Origin: Candidatus Altimarinota bacterium | GTDB lineage: Bacteria > Patescibacteriota > Gracilibacteria > JANQMV01 | DNA length: 40,000 nucleotides | Assembly: GCA_028279865.1 (NCBI GenBank) | Contig: JANQMV010000004.1 | Coordinates: 10,602-50,601, forward strand | Direction: 5' to 3' | Shown here: positions 17,307-25,045 of the stretch, one piece after another | Position numbering within the stretch: the stretch's first letter is position 1 | Layout of the letters: the number at the start of each line of letters is the position of its first letter | Made by a program: the position numbers and the translations under genes | The notes under the pieces: generated by a model | The model's input: only the letters and a program-made list of their open reading frames with translations | Told to the model about the DNA's origin: nothing | Database searches by the model: none

Positions 17307-17531
17307 CTAAGCTTTTACTGGTTCTGTCTGATTGGCTTTTTCAATTTCAAACGCTCGTATAATTGTTTTGATTACAGCAATATATTTCTTCATTGCCGTA
17401 ACTTTGTGAGTCGCTTTTTCCTGTCCCATCTTTACTGCAAGCTTGAGTTTTACTAACTCTCTTTTTGATTTGGCAAGCTCAACTTGCAACTCTGGATCTG
17501 ACAAACTTTTGATTTCTTGAATAGTTAACAT
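17307..17531 (-). CDS. rpmC: 50S ribosomal protein L29 (uL29)
   Basis: 74-aa helical ORF (ELQVELAKSKRELVKLKL) after rplP. Confidence 0.8.
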   Translation of the reverse strand: MLTIQEIKSLSDPELQVELAKSKRELVKLKLAVKMGQEKATHKVTAMKKYIAVIKTIIRAFEIEKANQTEPVKA

Positions 17532-17574
17532 CTGATATTGATTATTGGTCTAGTACTTAAGTTTTCATTTCAGA

Positions 17575-17994
17575 CTAATGAATATGTTTAGTCACAAACT
17601 TGGTTTTTACAGGAAGTTTATAGCTTGCAAGCTTAAAAGCTTCTCTTGCTATGCTTTCTTCCACACCATCCATCTCAAACAAGATTCTTCCCGGTTTAAC
17701 CGGCATCACATAGAACTCCAGAGAACCTTTACCCGATCCCATCGGTACTTCGGCAGCCTTACGGGTGATTGGCTTGTGTGGAAACACACGAATCCAAATC
17801 TTACCACCGCGCTTAATATATCTTGTCATTGCCCGTCTAGCCGCTTCAATTTGCCTTGAAGTCAACTCTCCTCTGGTATCAGCTTTTAAACCATAAGAAC
17901 CAAAACTTACAGTATGCCCTACTTGAGACTTTCCTTTTAGCCCACCTCTTCCTCTAAATTGTTTGCGATGTTTTGTCTTTTTTGGTTGTAACAT
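17575..17994 (-). CDS. rplP: 50S ribosomal protein L16 (uL16)
   Basis: 139-aa ORF starting [16 protein letters not shown]. Confidence 0.9.
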   Translation of the reverse strand: MLQPKKTKHRKQFRGRGGLKGKSQVGHTVSFGSYGLKADTRGELTSRQIEAARRAMTRYIKRGGKIWIRVFPHKPITRKAAEVPMGSGKGSLEFYVMPVKPGRILFEMDGVEESIAREAFKLASYKLPVKTKFVTKHIH

Positions 17995-18085
17995 ATAATT
18001 ATTCTTTTTACTTGAAATTAAAAAACTAATTTCTTAACCCTAAATTTTGCTATGAGATTTTACTGATTTACAGTATAAAATCAAG

Positions 18086-18733
18086 CTATTTTTTTGCTTC
18101 TTGATTATCAAAAACCTCTCCTCTGTAAATCCACACCTTCACTCCGATTACACCATAAGTGGTACTTGCTCTTTCTGTTGCATAAGATATGTCCGCACGT
18201 AGTGTTTGTGTGGGGATTTTCCCTTGCGTAAACATTTCGCTTCTTGCAATTTCCACCCCATTCAATCTTCCTCCCAAGAAAACCTTAATTCCTCTTGCTC
18301 CACTTTCCATTGCCTTTTGAATAGCCATTTTTGCAGCGCGCCTGTAGGCGATTCTTTTCTCAATTTGACGAGCAATACCATCAGCAACCAATTCGGCTTC
18401 AAGCTCTGGCTTTTTAATCTCTTTTATATTAATTTCAAATCTTTCGTTAAACTTTTTTTCCAAATCTGACTTCAGTTGATCAATGGCTGCACCTTGTCGA
18501 CCAATAATTACCCCCGGCTTAGATGTATAGATATTTATGATCACATTCTTGATTGATCTTTCTATTTCGATTCTTGCAATACCTGCATCCACAATCTTTG
18601 AATTAATCGCTTTGCGGATTTCAGTATCTTGCAAAAAGAATTTTGCAAAATTCCTTTTGTTGGCATACCATTTTGAATCCCATGTTCGATTTACGCCGAT
18701 ACGAATTCCTTTTGGATGTACTTTTTGTCCCAC
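18086..18733 (-). CDS. rpsC: 30S ribosomal protein S3 (uS3)
   Basis: 215-aa ORF starting MGQKVHPKGIRIGV, with a KH domain. Confidence 0.9.
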   Translation of the reverse strand: MGQKVHPKGIRIGVNRTWDSKWYANKRNFAKFFLQDTEIRKAINSKIVDAGIARIEIERSIKNVIINIYTSKPGVIIGRQGAAIDQLKSDLEKKFNERFEINIKEIKKPELEAELVADGIARQIEKRIAYRRAAKMAIQKAMESGARGIKVFLGGRLNGVEIARSEMFTQGKIPTQTLRADISYATERASTTYGVIGVKVWIYRGEVFDNQEAKK

Positions 18734-18762
18734 AGTCTAAAAATTAAAAATGTGATAATAAA

Positions 18763-19089
18763 TTATTTTGCCCCCACTTCTACAGTGATATGTGAAGTTC
18801 TTTTAAGAATAGGCTGAGCTCTTCCTCTTGATATAGGATTATGTCTTTTGTATGTCGCCCCCTTTGTCACCAAAATTTTCTTAATTTCCAAATCTCCTCT
18901 GTTTTGCCCCATGTTATTCTCAGCGTTCGAAGTCGCTGAATGCAAAACCTTATAAAGAATCTTTGCACCTTTTTTAGGCATAAATTTAAGCATTGTCAAA
19001 GCTTCTTCTACATCTTTGCCTCGAACCAGACCGGCAATTAAATTTGCCTTTTTCGGTGAGATTCTGATTTGTCTTAATACAGCTTTCAT
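18763..19089 (-). CDS. rplV: 50S ribosomal protein L22 (uL22)
   Basis: 108-aa ORF (RISPKKANLIAGLVRGK...). Confidence 0.9.
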   Translation of the reverse strand: MKAVLRQIRISPKKANLIAGLVRGKDVEEALTMLKFMPKKGAKILYKVLHSATSNAENNMGQNRGDLEIKKILVTKGATYKRHNPISRGRAQPILKRTSHITVEVGAK

Positions 19090-19107
19090 ATTTCGTAAGT
19101 AAGTTTC

Positions 19108-19386
19108 TTATTTTAATTGTTTTGCCAATTTTCCTCCATGCCCGCGGAAAGATCTCGTAGGAGAGAATTCTCCCAACTTGTGACCAACCATGTTTTCACT
19201 AACAAAAACCGGGATAAATTGTTTTCCATTGTAAACTCCAAAAGTGTGTCCTACAAATTCAGGCGGTATGTCGCTATTACGCGCCCAAGTTTTAATAACT
19301 TTCTTACCTCCGGAAGCATTCATAGCTTCCACCTTTTTCATTAGTTTCGCGTCAATGTATGGTCCTTTTTTTAAACTTCTCGCCAT
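19108..19386 (-). CDS. rpsS: 30S ribosomal protein S19 (uS19)
   Basis: 92-aa ORF starting [12 protein letters not shown], with ...[11 protein letters not shown]. Confidence 0.9.
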   Translation of the reverse strand: MARSLKKGPYIDAKLMKKVEAMNASGGKKVIKTWARNSDIPPEFVGHTFGVYNGKQFIPVFVSENMVGHKLGEFSPTRSFRGHGGKLAKQLK

Positions 19387-19420
19387 TGTGTGAAATCTTT
19401 AAGTTTTAGAATTTGAAAAA

Positions 19421-20251
19421 TTATTTCTTTCTTTTCTTTAAAATCATTTTATTTGAATATTTTCTTTTACGAGTCTTGAAGCCAAGTGCCGGCATCCCCC
19501 AAGGCGTTTTTGGTGCTTTTAAACCAATTGGAGAATGTCCTTCACCTCCACCATGCGGATGATCACAGGCATTCATGGATTTACCGAGAACCGTTGGTCT
19601 CTTCCCCATCCACCTTGCGCGACCGGCCTTACCAATTTTAATTTGGTTATGTTGTAAATTCCCCAACCTTCCAATGGAAGCAAAACAATCCTTGTGCACC
19701 AATCTAACTTCTCCTGACGGAAGTTGCACTTGTGCATACTTCCCCTCAAGTGAAACTAACTTAGCTGCATTGCCGGCGCTTTTTGCAATTTGACCACCTT
19801 TTCCTTTTGTAATTTCTACATTATAAATTTCAAATCCTACGGGAATACTCTCCAAATGCATTCTGTTCCCTACTTTAATTTTAGCTTTTTTATTAGTAAC
19901 AATCTTGTCACCAACTTTCATGCCATGAGCAGCGAGTATATATCTTTTTTCTCCATCTGCGTATACCACCAAGGCGATAAAAGCACTTCTATTGGGATCA
20001 TATTCAATCCCTTTAACAACTGCGGGAATCCCCAATTTGTCGCTTTGATTGAAGTCAACCAAACGATAGGCTTTCTTATGACCTCCTCCTTGATGCCTTA
20101 CGGTAATTCTTCCTTGGTTATTGCGACCTGCCTTACTTTTCTTTGAAACAATCAAACTTTTTTCAGGAGTTTTCTTTGTTACTTCTGCAAAGTCATTTAC
20201 GGTCATATTCCTACGTCCCGGTGTTGTTGGTTTCAATTTACGAATTCCCAT
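19421..20251 (-). CDS. rplB: 50S ribosomal protein L2 (uL2)
   Basis: 276-aa ORF containing ...[13 protein letters not shown].... Confidence 0.9.
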   Translation of the reverse strand: MGIRKLKPTTPGRRNMTVNDFAEVTKKTPEKSLIVSKKSKAGRNNQGRITVRHQGGGHKKAYRLVDFNQSDKLGIPAVVKGIEYDPNRSAFIALVVYADGEKRYILAAHGMKVGDKIVTNKKAKIKVGNRMHLESIPVGFEIYNVEITKGKGGQIAKSAGNAAKLVSLEGKYAQVQLPSGEVRLVHKDCFASIGRLGNLQHNQIKIGKAGRARWMGKRPTVLGKSMNACDHPHGGGEGHSPIGLKAPKTPWGMPALGFKTRKRKYSNKMILKKRKK

Positions 20252-20265
20252 CTTCAGAGTTTAAA

Positions 20266-20568
20266 TTATTTTTCAGATTTAATTTTTAAAGGATCAAAAG
20301 CATTTTTCTTATTTAGTAATGTTACAAATGCTTTTTTATAATCTTTTCTTTTGGTTATATGACGATCTCGTCCAATCATCCTCACCTTTTTCGGTGCCTT
20401 GAGGATATTTACATCTTTTACTGCCACTCCATAAAGTAGTTCAATGGCTTTTTTGACATCAATTTTTGTACTGTCTTTGTGTACATAAAAAGTGTGTTTC
20501 CCTAAAGCATTGTCTTTAAGTCCTTTTTCTGTAACAACCGGCCTAATTATAACATCAAACAATTTCAC
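20266..20568 (-). CDS. rplW: 50S ribosomal protein L23 (uL23)
   Basis: 100-aa ORF (DVIIRPVVTEKG...) between rplD and rplB. Confidence 0.85.
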   Translation of the reverse strand: MKLFDVIIRPVVTEKGLKDNALGKHTFYVHKDSTKIDVKKAIELLYGVAVKDVNILKAPKKVRMIGRDRHITKRKDYKKAFVTLLNKKNAFDPLKIKSEK

Positions 20569-20590
20569 AACTGGTTTTTTAAGTGATTAA

Positions 20591-21220
20591 TTATTTTTTA
20601 ACAAAAATTTCTTCTGCCTTTTTTAGAGCTGGCTCCAAAAAAAGAACTTTTTCATACTTCGCTAAATCTGCAATATTCAGATAGTTTACCAATAATATCT
20701 TTACTCCCGGAATGTTTTTTGCTGATTTTTCAAGTATTTCGTTTTTCTTATCCAGGACAAAAAGTGTCCTTCTTGCTTTTGGTAATTTACCTAGCATTTC
20801 CACAACATGCTTTGTTTTGATTTCTTTTGCATCATATTTATCCAAAGCGGCAATCCCTCCATCTTTTGCTTTAAGTGACAATGCAGAGAATAAAGCTTTT
20901 CTTCTCTGTTTCTTGGGCATGTCTTTTTCAAAATTTCTATTATTTCTCGGTGCCATTGCATTGCCTCCACCTTTGTAGTGAGGGTTACGGATCGAACCTT
21001 GACGGGCACGACCGGTTCCTTTTTGGCGGTAAGGCTTTGCCCCACCTCCGCGGACCTCTCCTTTTGTAAGGGTATGTGCCAAATTAACGCGAGCATTGGA
21101 ATGCTGACGAACCAGAGCTTGATGCATCAATCCTTCATTAATTTCAGCCTTAAAGATAGCATCTGACACCTTGATTGTTTTTAATTTTTCGCCTTTTTGT
21201 GAGTACAAATCAATATTCAC
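20591..21220 (-). CDS. rplD: 50S ribosomal protein L4 (uL4)
   Basis: 209-aa ORF (...KGEVRGGGAKPYRQKGTGRARQGS...). Confidence 0.9.
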   Translation of the reverse strand: MNIDLYSQKGEKLKTIKVSDAIFKAEINEGLMHQALVRQHSNARVNLAHTLTKGEVRGGGAKPYRQKGTGRARQGSIRNPHYKGGGNAMAPRNNRNFEKDMPKKQRRKALFSALSLKAKDGGIAALDKYDAKEIKTKHVVEMLGKLPKARRTLFVLDKKNEILEKSAKNIPGVKILLVNYLNIADLAKYEKVLFLEPALKKAEEIFVKK

Positions 21221-21271
21221 CTTTACTTGAATTAAATTATTTTCTAAAAAAACAAAAGCTTAAGAAAAAAT

Positions 21272-21847
21272 TTAAGCTTTGATATAAACATAGGTATTGC
21301 GAGCTCCGGGAACAGCTCCTTTCACAGCTATAATATTTTTTGCTTCATCAACTAAAACAACCTTGCGGTTTTTTAGCGTGACCTGACCTCCGCCCATGCG
21401 ACCAGGCATTTTTTGTCCCGGCTTTGTCCTCCCTGGCATGGCACAAGCACCTGTTGAACCATGGCGAGTATATTTTGTTCCATGAGTTTCTCGGGCAATT
21501 GCAAAATTATGTCTTTTAATGTTTCCCTGAAAACCCTTCCCCTTTGAGACTGCCGTAATTGTGACAGTTTCAATCTCTTTAAAATTACCTACATTTACTT
21601 TGTCACCTTTTTTAAATTCAGCGTCTTCTTCAATACGAAATTCCTTAACTTTTTTGTATTTTTTATTCTTTGTTGGGTTCTTAAAAGAATCACAACCCAA
21701 AACGACAGCTGAGTAACCGTCATTATCAACTGTTTTCACTTGAATAATATCGTTTGGCTCAGTCTCAATAAAGGTAACGGGAAGAACGATTCCATCTTCA
21801 TTCAAAATTTGAGACATGCCGATTTTTTTACCAATAATTCCTAACAT
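21272..21847 (-). CDS. rplC: 50S ribosomal protein L3 (uL3)
   Basis: 191-aa ORF starting MLGIIGKKIGMSQI, with ...KGKGFQGNIKRHNF.... Confidence 0.9.
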   Translation of the reverse strand: MLGIIGKKIGMSQILNEDGIVLPVTFIETEPNDIIQVKTVDNDGYSAVVLGCDSFKNPTKNKKYKKVKEFRIEEDAEFKKGDKVNVGNFKEIETVTITAVSKGKGFQGNIKRHNFAIARETHGTKYTRHGSTGACAMPGRTKPGQKMPGRMGGGQVTLKNRKVVLVDEAKNIIAVKGAVPGARNTYVYIKA

Positions 21848-21929
21848 TCGTTTTTAGAGGTTAAGGATAGTGAAGATTCTTTTCAAACCCGCACCATCGC
21901 GGCTAACTTATATTTTTTAAAGCGGAGAA

Positions 21930-21958
21930 ATTCTATAGATGTTCAAAACCAAAGTCAA
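21930..21958 (-). promoter_or_regulatory. Candidate sigma-70-type promoter for rplC and the downstream cluster
   Basis: Minus strand reads TTGACT - 17 nt - TAGAAT (-35 at 21953-21958, -10 at 21930-21935), ~80 nt upstream of the rplC ATG. Confidence 0.4.
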
Positions 21959-22240
21959 GGACTTTTTTTGGTTTTTTTGTCGTACTTAAGAAGAACTCAG
22001 GATTTTAATGATTTTACAGGTGAATAAACTAGGATAAAACAATAACACTTTCTAAAGATTAACACAAAAACACAAGATTTATACTTGCTGACATTTTACG
22101 TTTTAGCATTAAAATCAGTTTTCACTAAAAACGATATTCTAGCTACCAAGAACAACTGAAGATTTAGTTCCGAAAATTTTAAGCAAAGTAGATTTGCTTA
22201 AATTGATTCTATAAATATAAAATATATTTGGAACAAAGCA

Positions 22241-22268
22241 TTGACACAACTATGCTTTGTGTTAATAT
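22241..22268 (+). promoter_or_regulatory. Near-consensus sigma-70-type promoter facing the GC-rich island
   Basis: TTGACA (22241-22246) - 16 nt - TAATAT (22263-22268), preceded by an AT-rich UP-like tract. Confidence 0.5.
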
Positions 22269-22473
22269 ATGCATCACAAACCAGCTCTTTAAAATCATTA
22301 GAATATTGATAGGTAAAAATCTGTGATTGATCTGCATCTTATAACACTCACTTCACCTTGTAATTGGGTGGTAGTGATAGTTTCTTGTCTGAATTCAAAC
22401 ACAGATACTCTGCCTATCAAAAAGATTATTCGGGCTATCAAATTAGGGACAACTTATGTTTTCGCTAGCTTGA

Positions 22474-22492
22474 TGGCTCGAACCGGTCGAGC
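22474..22492 (+). other. Perfect hairpin GGCTCGA-accgg-TCGAGCC at the 5' edge of the GC-rich island
   Basis: 7-bp stem seen directly. No T-run follows it. It lies 39 nt upstream of the island ORF start. Confidence 0.5.
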
Positions 22493-22530
22493 CGTATTAA
22501 AGTAAATTTCCTACAAAAGGGGAACAATAC

Positions 22531-22971
22531 ATGAGAGAAGCATTTCTTTTGACAATCAAGGGCCTCGTCCTTAGCCTGCTCATTCTTTGCCTGAACACAC
22601 CCACCATTGCACAATGCGGCGGAGCAGAAGCAGGCGCGTACTTCGCTGACATCAATGGGAAAAATCTCGGGATTAGAATCAGTGCTGTGATCCTTCCCAG
22701 CGGGTGGGTCCAAGTGCTGAACAAGGATGGATTGAAGACTGGGATTATAATCACCCAAGGCAAGACGGAAAACATAAGCGAAAAGGTGTCCGTTAATGGA
22801 AAAACTCGGGGAGCAGCACCCTTTCTTATGCGGAAGCCTACCATAATCAGTTTTCCTGATGGACGCAAACTGGATGTAGTCAACAGATTCACCGAAGTTC
22901 GGGTCGGTGATACCATCATCAAAAAAACAGGAATCGGCGCCTACATCTACCTTGAAATACAGGAGGGATAA
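22531..22971 (+). CDS. Small secreted protein of unknown function, in a compositionally foreign island
   Basis: 146-aa ORF. An SD-like AAAGGGGA lies 7-14 nt upstream of the ATG. N-terminal signal peptide (LLTIKGLVLSLLILCLNTPTIA|QC). The sense frame has purine-rich first codon positions and G/C-rich third positions. TAA stop followed by two terminators. Confidence 0.6.
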   Translation: MREAFLLTIKGLVLSLLILCLNTPTIAQCGGAEAGAYFADINGKNLGIRISAVILPSGWVQVLNKDGLKTGIIITQGKTENISEKVSVNGKTRGAAPFLMRKPTIISFPDGRKLDVVNRFTEVRVGDTIIKKTGIGAYIYLEIQEG

Positions 22972-22998
22972 CGCCCAGAACCGAGGCAGAGTAAAACA

Positions 22999-23038
22999 GG
23001 CGGCGCGCTTTCTCATCCAAGTTGCGCCCGCCTTTTTT
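22999..23038 (+). terminator. GC-rich rho-independent terminator of the island gene
   Basis: GGCGGCGCGC ... GCGCCCGCC stem (one bulge) followed by TTTTTT. Confidence 0.6.
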
Positions 23039-23063
23039 ACCATACAATTTTTTATCTACTACA

Positions 23064-23097
23064 AAAAAAGACATCTCTTTTGAAATGTCTTTTTTAT
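23064..23097. terminator. Bidirectional terminator between rpsJ (minus) and the island gene (plus)
   Basis: AAAGACAT-ctcttttgaa-ATGTCTTT hairpin with an A-run upstream and a T-run downstream. On the minus strand it lies ~25 nt past the rpsJ stop and is followed by TTTTTTT. Confidence 0.65.
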
Positions 23098-23118
23098 AAA
23101 TACTAATTATCACTCGTT

Positions 23119-23451
23119 CTACTTATCAGCGTTTTGAAACATTTTAATTTCAATCTCTACACCTGCCGGAAGACTTAAGTTTGAGAGTGTGTCAATCGTT
23201 TGCGAAGTTGCGTCAAGGATGTCAATTAACCTTTTGTGAGTTCTCATTTCGTATTGATCACGTGAGTCTTTGTTTACAAAAGTCGAGCTATTGACTGTAA
23301 ATTTTTTGATTTTTGTCGGAAAAGGGATTGGTCCCGCTACAATCGCACCTGTTCTTTCTGCAGATTCTACAATAATCCCCGCAGCTTTATCAATCACACT
23401 GTGATCAAAAGCTTTGATTGTAATTCTGATTTTCTGACTCTTTGCTGCCAT
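23119..23451 (-). CDS. rpsJ: 30S ribosomal protein S10 (uS10)
   Basis: 110-aa ORF ([19 protein letters not shown]..., RTHKRLIDI). Immediately downstream of tuf. Confidence 0.9.
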   Translation of the reverse strand: MAAKSQKIRITIKAFDHSVIDKAAGIIVESAERTGAIVAGPIPFPTKIKKFTVNSSTFVNKDSRDQYEMRTHKRLIDILDATSQTIDTLSNLSLPAGVEIEIKMFQNADK

Positions 23452-23462
23452 TTAAATATATT

Positions 23463-23475
23463 TTAGATTTTAGAA
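23463..23475 (-). promoter_or_regulatory. Conserved AU-rich motif TTCTAAAATCTAA, 11 nt upstream of the rpsJ ATG
   Basis: Third exact copy of the 13-mer. Confidence 0.35.
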
Positions 23476-23632
23476 CTTAGAGATTAAAAAGAGTGTCATA
23501 TGAGTCTATCGAAACACAAGACATCCACATGATTGTCACTCTTAGCCCCATATTGCGGGCTTAGAGGACGCTTTGTAAAAATAAACTTCATCTCCCGCCC
23601 AACTTAAAAACTAAATTGTGCGGGATAAAAAT

Positions 23633-24838
23633 CTATTTTTTGATTTTAGATACTACACCAGCACCTACGGTTCTACCGCCTTCACGGATTGCAAACCTTA
23701 AACCTTCTGCCATCGCAATCGCAGAGCCAAGTTTTACATCCATTTTAATGTTATCACCAGGCATCACCATTTCTACTCCTTCCGGAAGAACAATTTCTCC
23801 GGTCACATCAGTTGTACGGATGTAGAATTGAGGTTTATAACCTTTGAAGAACGGAGTATGACGTCCTCCTTCTTCTTTTGTTAGTACGTATACTTCAGCT
23901 TCAAATTCTGTATGTGGAGTAATTGTTCCCGGCTTAGCAAGAACCTGTCCACGTTCAATTTCTTCTCTTTCAATTCCGCGTAGAAGAGCCCCGATATTGT
24001 CACCAGCTTGACCTTGATCAAGAAGTTTTTTAAACATTTCCACTCCTGTTACCACTACTTTTCTGGTTTCTTTGATTCCGACAATTTCAACTTCTTCATT
24101 CACTTTAACGATACCTTGTTCAACTCTACCTGTCGCAACTGTTCCACGTCCTTTGATTGAGAAAACGTCTTCAACCGGCATTAAAAATGGTTTATCAAGT
24201 TCACGAACCGGATCCGGCACGTCGTTATCCACAGCTTCCATAAGCTCAAGAATTTTTCCACACCATTCACATTCTTTTTTACCACACATACATTCAAGTG
24301 CTTTCAAAGCCGAACCTCTGATAATAGAAATATCATCACCAGGGAATTCGTATTTAGAAAGAAGTTCGCGTACTTCCATTTCAACCAATTCGACAAGTTC
24401 TTCGTCATCTACCATGTCTACTTTATTCAAGAAGACAACGATATGAGGAACGTTTACCTGACGAGCAAGTAAGATATGTTCACGAGTCTGAGGCATTGGA
24501 CCATCAGCGGCAGAACATACCAAGATTGCACCATCCATTTGGGCAGCACCTGTAATCATGTTCTTTACGTAATCGGCATGACCTGGACAGTCAACGTGAG
24601 CATAGTGACGTTTTTCTGTTTCGTATTCAACGTGAGCTGTTGCAATTGTAATTCCTCTTTCTCTTTCTTCAGGAGCATTATCAATTTGATCAAAAGCTTT
24701 TGCTGTGTTAGCTCCTCCGAAAGCAGCTGCAAGAACGTTTGTAATTGCTGCTGTTAATGTTGTTTTTCCGTGATCAACGTGACCGATCGTACCTACATTC
24801 ACATGCGGTTTACTACGATCAAATGTAGCGTCTGCCAT
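23633..24838 (-). CDS. tuf: Elongation factor Tu with a Cys4 insertion in domain I
   Basis: 401-aa ORF with [15 protein letters not shown] and NKVD motifs. Contains an unusual [14 protein letters not shown] segment. Confidence 0.95.
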   Translation of the reverse strand: MADATFDRSKPHVNVGTIGHVDHGKTTLTAAITNVLAAAFGGANTAKAFDQIDNAPEERERGITIATAHVEYETEKRHYAHVDCPGHADYVKNMITGAAQMDGAILVCSAADGPMPQTREHILLARQVNVPHIVVFLNKVDMVDDEELVELVEMEVRELLSKYEFPGDDISIIRGSALKALECMCGKKECEWCGKILELMEAVDNDVPDPVRELDKPFLMPVEDVFSIKGRGTVATGRVEQGIVKVNEEVEIVGIKETRKVVVTGVEMFKKLLDQGQAGDNIGALLRGIEREEIERGQVLAKPGTITPHTEFEAEVYVLTKEEGGRHTPFFKGYKPQFYIRTTDVTGEIVLPEGVEMVMPGDNIKMDVKLGSAIAMAEGLRFAIREGGRTVGAGVVSKIKK

Positions 24839-24914
24839 AACAATAATAAGTTAAAAAATAGTTCAGCTTATGTTTTCAGAATAATAAGCACTTACAAAAA
24901 TTGCAAGCGCAGGG

Positions 24915-24943
24915 ATTTTAGCAAAAGAGATTTTTGCTGTCAA
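24915..24943 (-). promoter_or_regulatory. Near-consensus sigma-70-type promoter for tuf-rpsJ
   Basis: Minus strand reads TTGACA - 17 nt - TAAAAT (-35 at 24938-24943, -10 at 24915-24920). The spacer is itself a palindrome (GCAAAA-atctc-TTTTGC). Confidence 0.55.
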
Positions 24944-25045
24944 AGGAATTTTAGGGTTTTGGTTTTTTATCCATTTTCAAACTAAAAAGTTTGTTTTAGT
25001 GGCTTGTGCTAAAAAAGATCAAACCCCAGTTGACAAGTAAGGAAT

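Noticed and set aside
6060-21166. The many 60-120-aa ORFs antisense to or overlapping ribosomal-protein, secY, map and rpoA genes (e.g. 6060-6362, 7926-8138, 9421-9709, 9734-10051, 14138-14431, 14527-14877, 17578-17859, 19790-20146, 20712-21166)
   Set aside because: Each lies wholly inside a well-supported conserved gene on the other strand or in another frame. Their translations are low-complexity and hydrophobic, and none has an independent start or termination context.
22474-22492. GGTTCGAG-containing hairpin (minus strand) as the T-arm of a tRNA
   Set aside because: It has a 7-bp stem with a 5-nt loop, not 5 bp with 7 nt. The flanking sequence cannot be folded into acceptor, D or anticodon arms.
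22465-23043. Minus-strand ORFs 22465-23043 (192 aa), 22497-22922 (141 aa) and 22919-23113 (64 aa) in the GC-rich island
   Set aside because: They are antisense to the + ORF. That ORF has an SD-like sequence, a signal peptide, coding-type codon-position bias and downstream terminators. The antisense translations are Cys/Arg/Pro-rich and not protein-like. Open antisense frames are expected in GC-richer coding DNA.
25030-25035. Plus-strand TTGACA as a promoter
   Set aside because: No acceptable -10 hexamer lies 16-18 nt downstream, and there is no plus-strand gene to serve. It lies just downstream of the giant gene's stop codon.
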